Part shown: one piece after another, positions 1 to 8,259 of the stretch | How the letters are laid out: each line of letters starts with the position of its first letter | Position numbering within the stretch: position 1 is the first letter of the stretch | IMG/VR virus record: IMGVR_UViG_3300045988_121434 | Span: 1 to 64,000 of that record | Length of the DNA: 64,000 nt | Source of the DNA: a virus | Strand: one strand, 5' to 3' | Notes under the pieces: model-generated | What the model saw: only the letters and a program-made list of their open reading frames with translations | The model's database searches: none | What the model was told of the DNA's origin: nothing | Position numbers and translations under genes: made by a program

Positions 1-115
1 CATGTTGGCACGGATGGAGTATTACGCCCGTGTGTCATTTGCGCCCGCTGGTGCCTCCATGTTGGCACGGATGGAGTATTACGCCCGTGTGCCATTTGCG
101 CCCGTCCTGGTGACC
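1..115. repeat. tandem direct repeat, two ~57-bp units at the window edge
   Basis: CATGTTGGCACGGATGGAGTATTACGCCCGTGTG(T/C)CATTTGCGCCCG at 1-47 and 58-104, one mismatch; more copies may lie upstream of the window. Confidence 0.8.
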
Positions 116-134
116 ACTTTGTTACGTTATACAC

Positions 135-226
135 TTATAGTAAATCACAGATTTTAGAGTTTTTGCAGCGGTGCAACACTCCTGGCAGCTCGTTATAGAC
201 TTTATAGCATATCACAGAGATTAGGG
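135..226. repeat. two copies of a ~25-nt motif TTATAG.A.ATCACAGA.ATT.AG.G
   Basis: ttatagtaaatcacagattttagag (135-159) and ttatagcatatcacagagattaggg (202-226) in a non-coding leader region. Confidence 0.6.
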
Positions 227-322
227 AATTGTAAACAAATGTAAATAATACATATTATAAATACATACAATTGTATATAAACGTTAAAACAAATATATAT
301 GATAACTTTTTTAATTGAAAAA

Positions 323-354
323 TTTGGTTATTACAATTATATGTAGTACCTTTG
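323..354 (+). promoter_or_regulatory. Bacteroides-type promoter (-33 TTTG / -7 TACCTTTG)
   Basis: TTTG 323-326 and TACCTTTG 347-354 with 20-nt spacing; matches the TTTG/TAnnTTTG consensus; followed by conserved leader AGATCGGGTGGCAACCGTAA (385-404). Confidence 0.6.
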
Positions 355-420
355 CAACTGTAAACAAGAAACAAATAACAATTTAGATCGGGTGGCAACC
401 GTAAATTCAGCTTATAGATT

Positions 421-696
421 ATGGCACGTATCACTAAAAAACAGGAGTTCGACGAGCTTTCAAAGTTTGGCTGCGCTTTCCTTCAGACAAACAATTATGG
501 CGGTTATTGCATCGTTATAGACGATGGCGGGGAAGGGGTATTGTGGCGCGACTGCACCAGCAGAAACGAGCACACGGCACAACGATGGCAGCGCATCAAA
601 TATACTTGCCCGCGTGATCCTGAAGCTGAATGCCGTCCGTATTTTACAATATACGGAACGCGTTATTATCTGGACGACTTCATGCGCTGCGCCTAA
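421..696 (+). CDS. hypothetical protein
   Basis: 91-aa ORF directly after TTTATAGATT-ATG start context; first gene after promoter. Confidence 0.6.
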   Translation: MARITKKQEFDELSKFGCAFLQTNNYGGYCIVIDDGGEGVLWRDCTSRNEHTAQRWQRIKYTCPRDPEAECRPYFTIYGTRYYLDDFMRCA

Positions 697-772
697 CCAT
701 ACCGGGGAGGCTCCGGCCTCTCCTATTATAAATAACATATAAAATTACAACATTAAAAATACTTTATAGATT

Positions 773-1447
773 ATGAGTACACCGAATTTTGCATTAAAGA
801 ACGCTTCACGATTTTTCGTTTTTGGTATGCCTGTTTATTATACACAGGAGGATATCGACGAGTGTGAGCTGGATCAGGACCTTTTGGGTAAGTATGACGA
901 ACTGGACACAGAGGCTAATTATGTAGCCGACAAGGCCAACGTGGCCGGCGAATTGAAGGCGAAGGGCTGGCACGATATAGAGGAGTATGACGGGGACCGC
1001 AGCTACCCTACAACTCTTTTTTCAGAGAAGACTAAAACCATCTGTTTTGGCGACACTGAGGTATATGTTACCATGCAAGCCGGTTGCACGTCCGGCTATT
1101 ACGAGGCAGCTACTTTTGACTGGTCCGCAAAAGTAGAGGTTAGCGGCATGATAGAAGGATGGCACGAGACTTTCGAGTATGAGCACGACGAGCTGGAGGC
1201 CGACGACGTGATCCGCGACAACTGGTACGACAACAAAGGACTCAGCAAGATTCACGCTGCGCACGTCATCCGCAAAATCGAGGCTATTATAGACGACTTG
1301 AAAAATGAGGCTGAGCTTGCATTCTCAATGTATTGCGACGAGGAAATGTATTGCACGTTCCTGGCTTTTAACGGCGAGGCCGGCTACAGCAAAATCGGTA
1401 AGCGCCTGTGGCAGGAAGTAGAAGAACAGAATAAGAAAACCGCTTAA
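773..1447 (+). CDS. hypothetical acidic protein
   Basis: 224-aa ORF, TTTATAGATT-ATG context, no recognisable motif. Confidence 0.65.
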   Translation: MSTPNFALKNASRFFVFGMPVYYTQEDIDECELDQDLLGKYDELDTEANYVADKANVAGELKAKGWHDIEEYDGDRSYPTTLFSEKTKTICFGDTEVYVTMQAGCTSGYYEAATFDWSAKVEVSGMIEGWHETFEYEHDELEADDVIRDNWYDNKGLSKIHAAHVIRKIEAIIDDLKNEAELAFSMYCDEEMYCTFLAFNGEAGYSKIGKRLWQEVEEQNKKTA

Positions 1448-1458
1448 ATCATATCATC

Positions 1459-1716
1459 ATGGCACCAACTATCACAATATCACGCACAGCGGGCACACGT
1501 GCCCTTCTGACGGCTTTATTTGCCATCGTCGTATTGCTCGTCACCCGCACAGTTAAAAACGTTCTGACGGCCCTTAAAACGTCCCGTCAGTGGCTCCGGA
1601 CTCAGCACAGCTTTTATGGCGAGGATGGCGACCCCATCCAGTGCACCGGCTGGCAGTTCGTCGGCTACAACATCATTGCAGTAGTAGTGGCAATTTTGCT
1701 CTGCATCGAGTATTGA
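1459..1716 (+). CDS. small membrane protein
   Basis: 85 aa with two hydrophobic segments (ALLTALFAIVVLLV, IIAVVVAILLCI). Confidence 0.5.
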   Translation: MAPTITISRTAGTRALLTALFAIVVLLVTRTVKNVLTALKTSRQWLRTQHSFYGEDGDPIQCTGWQFVGYNIIAVVVAILLCIEY

Positions 1717-1774
1717 TAAACGCCTTATTATAGGCAGATAAAAATATCACCAACTTTTAAGACTTTATATAATT

Positions 1775-2164
1775 ATGGCACAGATAGTATTATTCAACGT
1801 TACCAACGACGAGAAGTATTTTCCCCAGCGTCGAGACATGTTCAACGATGCACGATGGAGCGAGGCTAAGCGCCTCCTGGCACAGGCCCTGAAACTGACA
1901 AGCAAGGAGGCGGACCTCCACTCGTCGCGCTTCCTTCAGGACAGGATGGTAGCCGGGGACTTTCCGGCACCGGCTGGAGGCTATCACAACGGCATCACAT
2001 GTATAGCAAACAGCGGCGAACACAGCCAGCAGCGAGGCGAGTTTACGGTGTACGATATTATAGGCAGCTCTTATATTTACGAGGCTCCCACGGGCGATCT
2101 GTGTATTGCCAACATTCCGGAGGATGGCCAAACGGAGTATTACCGCATCGTATTGTCTTACTAA
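1775..2164 (+). CDS. hypothetical protein
   Basis: 129-aa ORF in same-strand operon. Confidence 0.55.
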   Translation: MAQIVLFNVTNDEKYFPQRRDMFNDARWSEAKRLLAQALKLTSKEADLHSSRFLQDRMVAGDFPAPAGGYHNGITCIANSGEHSQQRGEFTVYDIIGSSYIYEAPTGDLCIANIPEDGQTEYYRIVLSY

Positions 2165-2186
2165 ATCATCTAAAATTGAGAATATT

Positions 2187-2993
2187 ATGAACCAGATATT
2201 TGTTGAAGCAAAAAATCTTATTTGCAACGATGGCGAGGTGTGGCTGTGGAAGTCTGAAAGCATGGAGATGGTACGCCATTTCGCAACCAAAGAGGACGCA
2301 CAAAAGTATATAGACCTGTATCACCAGTTGAGCCGTGAAAAAGGATGGAAGGAAGAAGCCTACAGCATCGGCACGGAGGATGATTTTATGGCGGCCGCGA
2401 AGAAGTTTGAAGCCGACAAGAAGACCAACGAGGTGAAGGAGTACGGCAAACACGTTGACGCATTAATAGAGCGCCGACAGCTCGAAATTAAGGCCCTGGA
2501 CGGACTTATTCAGGTGTGTCGAAAGTTCGATGGAAAAGTGCTGAATAAACGCTTTCATGATGCCATACATGAAGCTACGGGCTTTTATAGTTCGTTTGGA
2601 GAATACCGCTTCGAGCTGAATTGTTACGACTATTGTCAAATTGTAGAATATCGCCCTAACGTCTCATTGTCCGCCGACTGGAGCCACGGCATCAACCGTT
2701 ACACCGGCAAGAAGAAGGACGTGAATCCGAACGTATGGCAATGGGACACAGGCGACCGTTTGGAGGCAGAAAAAGCCGTTGTCGTTATAGAGCACTATAA
2801 AAACGACCGTCTGGAGAAGATTGAGAACCTCAAGGCATCAAAAAGGAAGTATGCGGCATATCTGAAGCTGGCACGAAAAGCGGAGGCGATAATGAAAGAA
2901 ATGGAAGGCTACGACTACGAGATCCGCGAGTTTGCAAAGGAGAAGGCATTAAGCCAGTATAGCCATCACTCTTACTTCTGGAAGGGCTATTAA
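2187..2993 (+). CDS. hypothetical protein
   Basis: ORF track 2106-2993; start moved to ATG 2187 (MNQIFVEAK) to avoid overlap with the previous gene. Confidence 0.6.
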   Translation: MNQIFVEAKNLICNDGEVWLWKSESMEMVRHFATKEDAQKYIDLYHQLSREKGWKEEAYSIGTEDDFMAAAKKFEADKKTNEVKEYGKHVDALIERRQLEIKALDGLIQVCRKFDGKVLNKRFHDAIHEATGFYSSFGEYRFELNCYDYCQIVEYRPNVSLSADWSHGINRYTGKKKDVNPNVWQWDTGDRLEAEKAVVVIEHYKNDRLEKIENLKASKRKYAAYLKLARKAEAIMKEMEGYDYEIREFAKEKALSQYSHHSYFWKGY

Positions 2994-3064
2994 ATCAACA
3001 TCACGGGCTGCACCTGGCAGCAGGGCAGCCCCTATTATAGAACACATAAAATTTTGAGAAAATC

Positions 3065-3751
3065 ATGGACAAGAAGAAATATATCGACGTGTTGACCGAA
3101 CAGGCAAGCAAGCATCACAGACCGCTGGAAATGGCCCTGAGCGACTTCTGCGACTACCTTATAGAGTTCTTTAGTATTGAGGCATTTAAAGCTGGCACCG
3201 TTGAATATAGCCAGCACGTCTTGAGCTGCACAAATAAAAATCCCTACTTTGCGGGATTAGCCTTCCAGTGGCTCGACGATGTGGCAACGGCGATGGAGCG
3301 TGGCCAATGGCTTGACGTGTTCGGCATACTGTACGAAGAAATGTATCTGAGTCGCGGCAAAGCATCGAAGACAGGCCAGTTCTTCACTCCTCAGAGCGTG
3401 TCGGAACTTATGGCACAGATCAGCGGTCTGGGAGCCGGCGACCACGGCAGGGTGAATGACTGCGCAGCAGGTAGCGGACGTTTGCTCCTGGCTCACTACA
3501 TGGAGAAGAGCAAACTGGACCATTCAGCTGGCAGACGTTTCGAGTATGTGGCACAAGATAGCGATCCTATTGTTTGCAAGATGTGCGCCCTGAATTTTAT
3601 GGTACACGGCATGTATGGCCGTGTGGAGTGTCGCGACACATTGCGTATGAACGAGCCGACGGTGGTGTACGTCATTAACGAAGTGAAATATCCGTTTAAC
3701 ACGCCTTATTATAGCGTAAGAACAGTATTAGCGAAAAATCAGAAAAAATGA
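3065..3751 (+). CDS. HsdM/N6-adenine-methylase-like protein lacking the catalytic NPPY/F motif
   Basis: GQFFTPQSVSELM (motif X) and NDCAAGSGRLLL (SAM motif I) present; the ORF ends without NPPY/F. Confidence 0.6.
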   Translation: MDKKKYIDVLTEQASKHHRPLEMALSDFCDYLIEFFSIEAFKAGTVEYSQHVLSCTNKNPYFAGLAFQWLDDVATAMERGQWLDVFGILYEEMYLSRGKASKTGQFFTPQSVSELMAQISGLGAGDHGRVNDCAAGSGRLLLAHYMEKSKLDHSAGRRFEYVAQDSDPIVCKMCALNFMVHGMYGRVECRDTLRMNEPTVVYVINEVKYPFNTPYYSVRTVLAKNQKK

Positions 3752-4110
3752 AAACATCCAGCACAATTCACTCTTTCCTGCTTAGTGAGCAGGAAGGACA
3801 CACACTCCTCACGGCTCAGGAATATCCCTGGAGCGTGTTGCAGGTGATACCGACCACTCCGGCAGACTTCGACCGCACAGTGGCAGTTCTCAAACAGCGA
3901 GGCATGGTAGCCTATCACGACATCGACCGCACATTCTGCATCATCCACCTGGCAAGCGGCGACCACGACGGACAACACCCGGAACGGCATATCATCATCA
4001 CTCAGAACCACATGCAGATTATCGAAGACTTGAAGGACGTGATGGCACAGGCCGCAGTGTGGTACGAGACGAATATTATAAGAACCCTTAAAAACGACAG
4101 AAGATTATGA
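3748..4110 (+). CDS. hypothetical protein
   Basis: 120-aa ORF, ATGA overlap with the upstream gene. Confidence 0.55.
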   Translation: MKTSSTIHSFLLSEQEGHTLLTAQEYPWSVLQVIPTTPADFDRTVAVLKQRGMVAYHDIDRTFCIIHLASGDHDGQHPERHIIITQNHMQIIEDLKDVMAQAAVWYETNIIRTLKNDRRL

Positions 4111-4340
4111 AATTCAAAACAGTGAAAACGATATTGATGGCTGCTCAGAGCAATCAGCAGCACGGAGTAATCAAGACACACAACAATGACGTGTGCTTCA
4201 GCTTCGTGAACGGCGACAGCGGCGAGGACGACATCATCGGGTATGACAGTGATACGGAGATAATTTCGGTGTTGGGCAAGGCTTGCAATAGCTACATTGA
4301 CTGCGAGGCAATAGAGACCATTGAAGTTTACAAACAATAA
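4107..4340 (+). CDS. hypothetical protein
   Basis: 77-aa ORF, ATGA overlap with the upstream gene. Confidence 0.5.
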   Translation: MKFKTVKTILMAAQSNQQHGVIKTHNNDVCFSFVNGDSGEDDIIGYDSDTEIISVLGKACNSYIDCEAIETIEVYKQ

Positions 4341-4352
4341 GTCCTCCCCCAT

Positions 4353-4521
4353 CCCGCGCCCGGCACGGCCTTTCGCGAAGGTTCGACCTCTTCGGCGGGA
4401 ACGCATAATCATAATCTGAGTATTTTTTGTTTAGCTGTTGGCGGTTCGTGAGGATAGCCACAGCACAATGCCCACCACGGCAAGGCGTGGCACCAGGTTC
4501 GAACTCCTGGATGGGCGACCG
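4353..4521 (+). other. structured non-coding segment with tRNA-like pieces (not a complete tRNA)
   Basis: Hairpin CCCGC(4353-57)...GCGGG(4395-99) encloses the T-arm-like GAAGGTTCGACCTCTTC. CCACGGCAAGGCGTGG (4475-90) plus CCAGG-TTCGAACT-CCTGG (4493-4510) plus ATGGGCGACC resemble the variable arm, T arm and acceptor 3' half. Confidence 0.3.
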
Positions 4522-4565
4522 AAAATAATAAAATACGCATTAATGCACAATTTATGCGTCGTTTA

Positions 4566-4597
4566 TTTGGTAGTTATAAATATTATTGCTACCTTTG
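4566..4597 (+). promoter_or_regulatory. Bacteroides-type promoter, paralogous to the one at 323-354
   Basis: TTTG 4566-69 and TACCTTTG 4590-97, 20-nt spacing; same downstream leader AGATCGGGCGGCAACCGTTAA (4629-49). Confidence 0.6.
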
Positions 4598-4696
4598 CAA
4601 CAGATAAAAGAAACAATATTAATCATTAAGATCGGGCGGCAACCGTTAAGCGGCGTTACAATTATGAATACTACAATCTTAGAAGAGGCTTAGAAC

Positions 4697-5299
4697 TTGA
4701 AGGTACGTTTCCACATTGGACGTGGCGGACAATTCCACAACGCAGGTTACAAGACTTATGAAGGCACCGTTAATGGTCTATCAGATTGCTTCGGCGATGC
4801 TTTCGTTATTAGTGAAGACGAGAATGACAAAACTCTGCCTGATAGCGAGTGGCAGCTGGTGGATGGCGGCGGAAATGTCATCCTTGCTGGACGTGACGAG
4901 ATTGAGAGCGAGACGGGCATTCTGGATTGGGATGGCGAGTACGATACCGACATCGTTCGCAATCTGTCGGAGTGTGACGATGACGAGTACCAGATGATAC
5001 TCGACGTTGCGGAACGTGGCGGGTATGTAGAGAAGGCTGTACTGGCATACGTTTGCAGCACGCTTGAAAAGTTGATGGCAACCCAAATTAAGGTATATCC
5101 TTCTAATATGGAAGTGTTCACTCAGGAGGGCTGCGTGAGCTTGATGCGCGACGACTTCTCTGTATATACTAAGGACGAAGAAGATGAGGTGCGCGAGCTG
5201 TTGGCAGACAAGGGCTTTATCTCGGAGTCTATAGACGAGATCATTGTTAGAATGGAGATAAACGAGTGGTTCAGTGATGAAGAGGAAGAGAAAGGATAA
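4697..5299 (+). CDS. hypothetical acidic protein (TTG start)
   Basis: 200-aa ORF with a very acidic C-terminus (SDEEEEKG); start codon uncertain. Confidence 0.55.
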   Translation: MKVRFHIGRGGQFHNAGYKTYEGTVNGLSDCFGDAFVISEDENDKTLPDSEWQLVDGGGNVILAGRDEIESETGILDWDGEYDTDIVRNLSECDDDEYQMILDVAERGGYVEKAVLAYVCSTLEKLMATQIKVYPSNMEVFTQEGCVSLMRDDFSVYTKDEEDEVRELLADKGFISESIDEIIVRMEINEWFSDEEEEKG

Positions 5300-5364
5300 T
5301 TATTATAGACATTTTCACAAATTACATTATTCAGCCCTACGTATCACGGTGAAGCGGAAATAAT

Positions 5365-5616
5365 ATGAAAAAAGAAAACCTGAATATAGTAAACAATGAA
5401 GTTGAGAAAGTGTACGAGCTAATCAATGAATTGATTAGTAATCATAGCTTAGATATGTTAGACTTGGCTTATCCCAAGCACGATGGCGAGCAAGACGCTG
5501 ACGCTGTAGCAGACATGATGCTTCTTCGCCAGAGCGCAAACGGATTGTCTAAGGCTTGCAACATTCTTGTAGAAAAACTCACAGATGCTATTGGAGATGA
5601 AAATGAAGTAAAATAA
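5365..5616 (+). CDS. hypothetical protein
   Basis: 83-aa ORF preceded by the leader motif. Confidence 0.55.
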   Translation: MKKENLNIVNNEVEKVYELINELISNHSLDMLDLAYPKHDGEQDADAVADMMLLRQSANGLSKACNILVEKLTDAIGDENEVK

Positions 5617-5654
5617 ATCTATTCAGCCCTCGACATCACGGTCAAGTCAGAAAT

Positions 5655-5855
5655 ATGAAGATAAATGCAAAAGGTAGTGATATATTTCGCAACAAGATGG
5701 CTATTACGATGTACGATAATATGCGTGATAATAGCGATGTTTACGAAAGCGGAGTAGATAAATACGGGATGATATATTTCGCTTACCTTAATGGCAACAT
5801 TAAACGATATAAGAGAAATGAATTTCTCAAAATGGCAAAAGAAAACGAAGTTTGA
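5655..5855 (+). CDS. hypothetical protein
   Basis: 66-aa ORF preceded by the leader motif. Confidence 0.5.
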   Translation: MKINAKGSDIFRNKMAITMYDNMRDNSDVYESGVDKYGMIYFAYLNGNIKRYKRNEFLKMAKENEV

Positions 5856-5892
5856 CAATTAAGCCCTCGCTATCACGGATAAAGCATTAGAT

Positions 5893-6168
5893 ATGAAATT
5901 ACAAGACTCTACAGAAAAAATAATAGATAGAAGAAAGGTGTATTACGTAACTATCTATAATAGCAGACACATGATTGTTGCATTCTTAGGCAGTAGTTTG
6001 CATTACGTTTCATCAAGAACTGATGCTGCTTTGTTTGATACGAAAGAGGATGCAGAGGAATTGATGAAAAATGCGGAATCAAACGGAATCTGTAACACGA
6101 TACCAGATTTCGCAAAAATGACGGTTTCATCTGATACGCAAGTCTTACTCCAACATTGGCATTTCTAG
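5893..6168 (+). CDS. hypothetical protein
   Basis: 91-aa ORF preceded by the leader motif. Confidence 0.55.
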   Translation: MKLQDSTEKIIDRRKVYYVTIYNSRHMIVAFLGSSLHYVSSRTDAALFDTKEDAEELMKNAESNGICNTIPDFAKMTVSSDTQVLLQHWHF

Positions 6169-6245
6169 CCATACAATACCCATAACAAAAATTAAGCCCT
6201 CGACACCACGGTTAAGTCAGATAAAGTAACCACAATATAGGCAAG

Positions 6246-6470
6246 ATGGAAAAAGACCAAATAATTTATGACCAGCGTAAGGCCATGGGTGAGAGCATCC
6301 GCGCGATGCGCACCGCCCAGGGTTGGGAGCAGGAGCAGCTCGCTCAGATCGCGGGCATCACCACCGCAAATGTTCGCAGCGTGGAAGCCGGTAAGTATGC
6401 CGTGAATATCGACGTGCTGAACAAGATAGCGGGCGCACTGGGCGCAGAGCTGAGAATGATTGAAAAGTAA
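6246..6470 (+). CDS. XRE-family helix-turn-helix protein
   Basis: ESIRAMRTAQGWEQEQLAQIAGITTANVRSVEAGKYAVNIDVLNKIAGALG fits the HTH_3 pattern; preceded by the leader motif. Confidence 0.75.
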   Translation: MEKDQIIYDQRKAMGESIRAMRTAQGWEQEQLAQIAGITTANVRSVEAGKYAVNIDVLNKIAGALGAELRMIEK

Positions 6471-6489
6471 AAGAGTAAAAAGAAATATT

Positions 6490-7113
6490 ATGGCAAAAGA
6501 AAGATTTGAGTTGACATCGGGTAAGAATCTGATGTGGACTGTTACGGACAACGAGAACGGCATCGCGATTGAGTTCCGCGAAGGTTTGTTTAACGAGACC
6601 CAGGAGGTAAAGCTGATTGCTGAGTTCACTTATGGCGACGCTCCGAGAATGGCACGTATCATGCGCGAGATTGGTGACTGGATGGCAGAGAACCATGTGG
6701 AGGTGGCTCTCAGCGACTGGAAGGCTCGACGCTCGGCAATCTGGAAGCTGTCTAACGAAAAATACTGGTTGGCTATGGCAGCAGCTACCAACAGCCTGAT
6801 GTTGTCGGATATGGATGCGGAGCACGCTGCGTGCATGTTGTTTGCCGAAGTGTGCGACTGGGCAGAGCTCGAGAAGAACGTGGATCTGACAGCAGCCGAG
6901 GAGGAAAATCTGAAGGGCGTGTTGTCGGAGCTGACGGATAGCGAGGCGTGGGAAGTGTTCAAGATGCTGCACGTGTTTTGGAACTACAAGAAGGACCAGG
7001 GAGACATGATGCAATGGGCAATGGACGTGACTTGGTGGCCGGCATGGTTGCCGGAGGAGTTGAAGCGTTCGGAGCTTGCTGAAGACGATGACGATATTAT
7101 AGAAGAGAATTAA
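6490..7113 (+). CDS. hypothetical acidic protein
   Basis: ORF track 6460-7113; ATG 6490 (MAKERFEL) chosen as start. Confidence 0.6.
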   Translation: MAKERFELTSGKNLMWTVTDNENGIAIEFREGLFNETQEVKLIAEFTYGDAPRMARIMREIGDWMAENHVEVALSDWKARRSAIWKLSNEKYWLAMAAATNSLMLSDMDAEHAACMLFAEVCDWAELEKNVDLTAAEEENLKGVLSELTDSEAWEVFKMLHVFWNYKKDQGDMMQWAMDVTWWPAWLPEELKRSELAEDDDDIIEEN

Positions 7114-7125
7114 AACGACGAAATT

Positions 7126-7686
7126 ATGGAAATTATAAAGAGTGGAACACCGAAGGCAGGCAGGCCTGCCATCGGTGGCAAGAGACGACAATATGTAGTG
7201 ACAGACGATGTGCACGAGTGGATAATGTCGCACGGTGGAGGTAAGTACTTGACGGAGACCATGCGCTGTGTGCGCACTACGAGCGGAGGTAAAGGTGCTG
7301 TGACAGATTATGCGATGTGCATTCTTCGCGCTGCCACTTGCTTCGATTTTGAGGTAGACCTTACCGAGCCTTATGCTGACTTAGGATTGAAAGCCCGCGA
7401 CATGATATTGTCGGAGGTAAAAGAGCCTGAGACTTACCATGTTTACAAGGACGGAACGTGGAAAGATGGTGTTTTCAATAATAACATTGGCTCCCTTGCT
7501 ATCAGTTCATCGTCAGAATGCCCTGAAGACGAAAGCAAGCGACGTTATTACAGGCCGTCGGGAGACTTCGGGGATTATAAGCGTATTCCTTACAAGCGGG
7601 TGAAGGCAGGAGACTATTGTTTGGTTAATCGGTATGTCGACGACAAAGCACGAGTCGTAGGAGTATTGGCACAAGTAGAGAAGTGA
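7126..7686 (+). CDS. hypothetical protein
   Basis: 186-aa ORF with a basic N-terminus (KAGRPAIGGKRRQ). Confidence 0.6.
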   Translation: MEIIKSGTPKAGRPAIGGKRRQYVVTDDVHEWIMSHGGGKYLTETMRCVRTTSGGKGAVTDYAMCILRAATCFDFEVDLTEPYADLGLKARDMILSEVKEPETYHVYKDGTWKDGVFNNNIGSLAISSSSECPEDESKRRYYRPSGDFGDYKRIPYKRVKAGDYCLVNRYVDDKARVVGVLAQVEK

Positions 7687-7720
7687 AAATAAATAATAAC
7701 AATAATAAAAACAAGGTGTT

Positions 7721-8038
7721 ATGACAACAAAGAAGGTTTATCCGTTTATTTATGCAGAGATGTTCGACCTTGAAGACAACAACGACAGAAAGAACGTGAC
7801 GTTTGACGCGCGAGAGGTCGAGAGCTACGAGTCATGGTCAAGTAAAGATGATGAAGAAGGGAACGAGTGCGTACAAGTCAATTTCAAATCGGGAAGGAAA
7901 ATGTGTCTATACATGGAACTCGATCAAGAGCTTTACCCTGGCAACAATCTGATTACTGCAATCGACATGGTGCAGTACTCTCACTTCTGGCACGACAACG
8001 AGGACTCTACGTCGGACGAGGAAGAGGAAGAGGACTAA
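7721..8038 (+). CDS. hypothetical acidic protein
   Basis: 105 aa, C-terminal SDEEEEED tail. Confidence 0.55.
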   Translation: MTTKKVYPFIYAEMFDLEDNNDRKNVTFDAREVESYESWSSKDDEEGNECVQVNFKSGRKMCLYMELDQELYPGNNLITAIDMVQYSHFWHDNEDSTSDEEEEED

Positions 8039-8056
8039 CATTAAACTATGTAACTT

Positions 8057-8185
8057 ATGAAAAAGATTATCAAGTATATTATAGCTGCATTGGCAGTCGT
8101 AGCCGTAGGCGTGGTGCTATTCTCGTTATTAGGTGCAGGCGTTTTCCTTTTGCCATTGATTGGTGGAGCATTCACAGCAAAATAG
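8057..8185 (+). CDS. small membrane peptide (42 aa)
   Basis: MKKIIKYIIAALAVVAVGVVLFSLLGAGVFLLPLIGGAFTAK; below the ORF-track cutoff. Confidence 0.4.
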   Translation: MKKIIKYIIAALAVVAVGVVLFSLLGAGVFLLPLIGGAFTAK

Positions 8186-8259
8186 ATACTCACGTTATGG
8201 GGATGGTGAAATTTCACTATCCCCAGGACGAAACAAAAACATTTTAATACGTTCGGATT

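Larger units (their letters stand above)
5330..6216 (+). promoter_or_regulatory. four copies of a ~25-nt leader motif (A/T)AGCCCT.G..(A/C)(T/C)CACGG..AAG, one before each of four consecutive small genes
   Basis: Copies at 5330-5354, 5622-5646, 5859-5884 and 6192-6216. In the first three, CACGG lies 13-15 nt from the ATG. Confidence 0.6.

Noticed and set aside
4470-4521. A tRNA gene
   Set aside because: The T-loop would be 8 nt, no 5' acceptor strand pairs with ATGGGCG, and no D arm or anticodon arm can be drawn. Reported only as a tRNA-like fragment.
6358-7233. Long antisense ORFs in the track (6358-7233, 17071-17865, 19799-20668, 21119-21706, 51548-52288, 54143-54955, 61985-62665, 63514-63948, all minus strand)
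   Set aside because: Each lies entirely opposite a longer or motif-supported plus-strand gene, has no recognisable motifs, and would break the operon structure. Treated as shadow ORFs.
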